A stretch of 64,000 nt of DNA from Scyliorhinus canicula. Its lineage: Eukaryota. Positions 61,535-64,000 of the stretch are shown one piece after another; the first letter of the stretch is position 1, and every line of letters begins with the position of its first letter. The translations under genes were made by a program, and so were the position numbers. The notes beneath the pieces are model-generated. The model was given only the letters and a program-made list of their open reading frames with translations, ran no database searches and was not told the origin of the DNA. The DNA lies in the NCBI RefSeq assembly GCF_902713615.1, contig NC_052146.1, positions 146,361,875 through 146,425,874 on the forward strand. The letters run 5' to 3'.

Positions 61535-62509
61535 GAAGCATCTGAATTTCAGAGATTGCAGAACAGAAAAATGTTTAATTCACCTCAAATTGACATCTTC
61601 CACTTTGATGAACAGAAGCAATTTTTGGAAATTTAAACAAAGCACAGTGAATCCATTACCTATCAGTCAATTCCATTTCCCTTCCTGGTCACTGTTTGCA
61701 GCCTGTATCCTCTCCATCAAAATGTGAGCCTAATGTACCCTCCATAACATCACCACATCTCTCCCATCTCGACACATCTGCCTCATGCTTTTATTGTCTC
61801 CAAAGTTGGCCGTCCAATGCTTTCAAACTTAGTTTGTCACATTCCAGCTAACGTAAACTTAGGTTTATCTGAACTATTGCCGTGTATATCCTAGCCCGCA
61901 ACATGATCTACTCAGCTATTACGTATGTCCTCATTACTTTATATTCATTTGATTCCCCCAGTGCATCAGATTTTAAATTCTCACTCATATGTTTAAATTC
62001 CTGCATAGTATTGCTCTCTCCTTGTATCTGTAACCTGCCCCTGTCATTCAATTGCTTTGAACCCACCCTCCATGGCTCTGATCCCAGCCCTTCCACTGCA
62101 AAGCGACTTCAGTTTAATCCCTGTTAAATGAGTTTTCAGTGTTGTAAGGATTAAATTCCAAGATGTGAAATGGAGATGTGGCAAGTGTTGAACTGAAATC
62201 TCTGTGTGCTTCTGAGAGCTGTACCATCAATGTACAGGGCAGACTGAAAGCTTATAGGACATGTTGTACACGGAAGATGCTGGGCTGGATTTCATCTATT
62301 CTCTCCACAGATTATGACTGACCTCATCATTTCTCATTTTTTCTGTTGCATGTTCAAGCTTTCACAAGTGCACAGGTGCCTGGAACATGTCAGCACACAG
62401 TGTTTTGGAGTGGCGGCTCACTACCAATGTGTCAAGAGCAAGTAGGGATGAGCAATAAATCTTGGCATTGCCGAGCACCCGTGTCCAAAAAATAAAGAAA
62501 ATGTATTTC

Positions 62510-62965
62510 ATACCAATTTGGCAAATATCCGGCAAGACATATATAGTCAACAAATTTTGTCTTGCCAATAATGCGGTCAGGCAGAGACTTAGCCACCGCT
62601 TGCTTCAACTGGCACGGTCAACTATGGTGATCTTTATAGTCCACCAATGTGTCGTGGCATGTGGAGATGATCTTCCGACAGATATCAGGAGGTCCATAGT
62701 TGCACATCATTAGGAGAGAGACAAGAGCCATGCACATATTCTGAAATTTTGGCCACGTCACTCAAACATTGTAGTGACAGCATATTACAGTGTTTGGCCA
62801 TTTGGCCTCGTCTATTCAATCGATAGTAAAGGCAGTTGCCATCATCTTTTCAATGATACAGTCCACTTAAGATATAGCAGCAGCTTTCCCCAAATCAGAA
62901 ACACAGCTGAAAAAACATTAAACTGTTGTCTAGACATATTTGACGAGGAAGCAACTGGATTCTGC
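62510..62965 (-). mobile_element. Ancient non-LTR RT remnant
   Basis: LSDVAKISEYV (~DLxKAFDxV), YGPPDICRKII...S*PCQLKQAV (~GxPxK...SxPFxxxxGV), FVDY (~FADD). Confidence 0.5.
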
Positions 62966-63757
62966 ACAAAAAAGCTTTGAAGACAAAGTATTTACACCAA
63001 CAGGAGCAGATGTCATCATTTTCAATAGTAACTAGTCTCTGAACCGTATATATATATTTTGGCAGTTCACCAGCAAACAGGTAGAATTGCCACATTGGTT
63101 TACTTTGAGAACTACTTTGAACTATCATATTGTCCCTGAGCCAAAATAGTTTTGCGCCTCAGCATCTTAATCAGAGTGGCATTCAAAAGGCCCTGGGCAA
63201 AACCTGCCCATTTGCACTTTTGATAGTATGTGGTTAGTGCAATTAAGAGAGAAAAAAATACACTTAATTTGTCAATGCATGGTTCAACTAAAATGACCTG
63301 TATCTAACTCAATAGAACTTGCTCCAAAAGAGTTACAATAGTTTGGACACAATGCTTGCACCTGTAGAGATTTCATGTGAGTACAACCAATTCCATTGAG
63401 CCCTGATGTTGCTGAAGGAACAGGTCAAGTGTGAAGGGACTTTGATGTGTCACACTGACACATGGTGCTACATTGTCCAACAAGGCGAGAATAGGATATG
63501 GATAGTGGAAGGGCCCTTCCTGTTGATTCTCTTATATCCCATTTGTTTGGTTTTGCTGTTATCATTTTTGATCCATGGATGTTTAATAGACACACACCTT
63601 TAAGTCGAGCAGAGGAAGTGAGGAACTCAAAAGTTAGAAAATAGTACACTGTGCTAGTTTTTGAACAGTAAAACTCAGCCTTTTTGGCACCCGAGTGATT
63701 GGAGGGATTCGGTTCGATGGGTTGCCTGGTGGCCAATGAATTGGCAAAAGGCCAATT

Positions 63758-64000
63758 GGGCGGCATGGTGCCACAGTGGTTTGCACTGCTGCCTTACAGC
63801 TACAGGGACCGGGTTCAATTCCGGCCATGGGTGACTGTGTGGAGTTTACACTTTCTCCCTTGTCTGCATGGGTTTCCTCCAGGTACTCTGGTTTCCTCCC
63901 ACTTACCAAAGGCATGCAGCTTAGATGAATTGGCCATGCTAAATTGCCCGTTAGTGTCCAAAAGGTGAGGTAGGGTTGCTGAGTTATGGGGATAGGGTAG
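63758..64000 (+). mobile_element. HE1/V-SINE running off the window end
   Basis: tRNA head, B box, V domain. Confidence 0.88.

Noticed and set aside
62520-62742. Minus-strand exon with a single in-frame TGA (possible selenocysteine)
   Set aside because: The peptide aligns with non-LTR reverse-transcriptase motifs; the TGA is decay.

Overview
Repeat-dense eukaryotic genomic DNA, very probably from a cartilaginous fish (shark): it carries HE1/V-SINE-type SINEs with CR1/HER1-type tails and DeuSINE-like remnants. Almost every long ORF belongs to a mobile element. The main component is a PIF/Harbinger DNA-transposon system. It has two TIR-bounded two-gene elements (7288-10955 and 38559-48327; HARBI1-like DDE transposase on +, three-exon Myb/SANT-like partner on -, convergent), several further remnants, and about a dozen non-autonomous MITEs sharing the GGGC(G/T)GGATTCTCC TIR with 3-bp TSDs. 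The larger element has a ~2.8-kb expansion of an 18-bp unit inside the transposase 5' coding region, reading (AAAEGQ)n. Also present are two decayed Gypsy/Ty3 elements, solo LTRs, CR1 and RTE LINE fragments, several tRNA-derived SINE families, and three short Penelope-like insertions with minimal hammerhead-ribozyme motifs, two of them fold-back. Host-gene evidence is limited to a few candidate minus-strand exons (best: 1763-1676 + 1571-1488, ending ...KTITQL*), which I cannot name. Coordinates were read by eye; boundaries of decayed elements are approximate.
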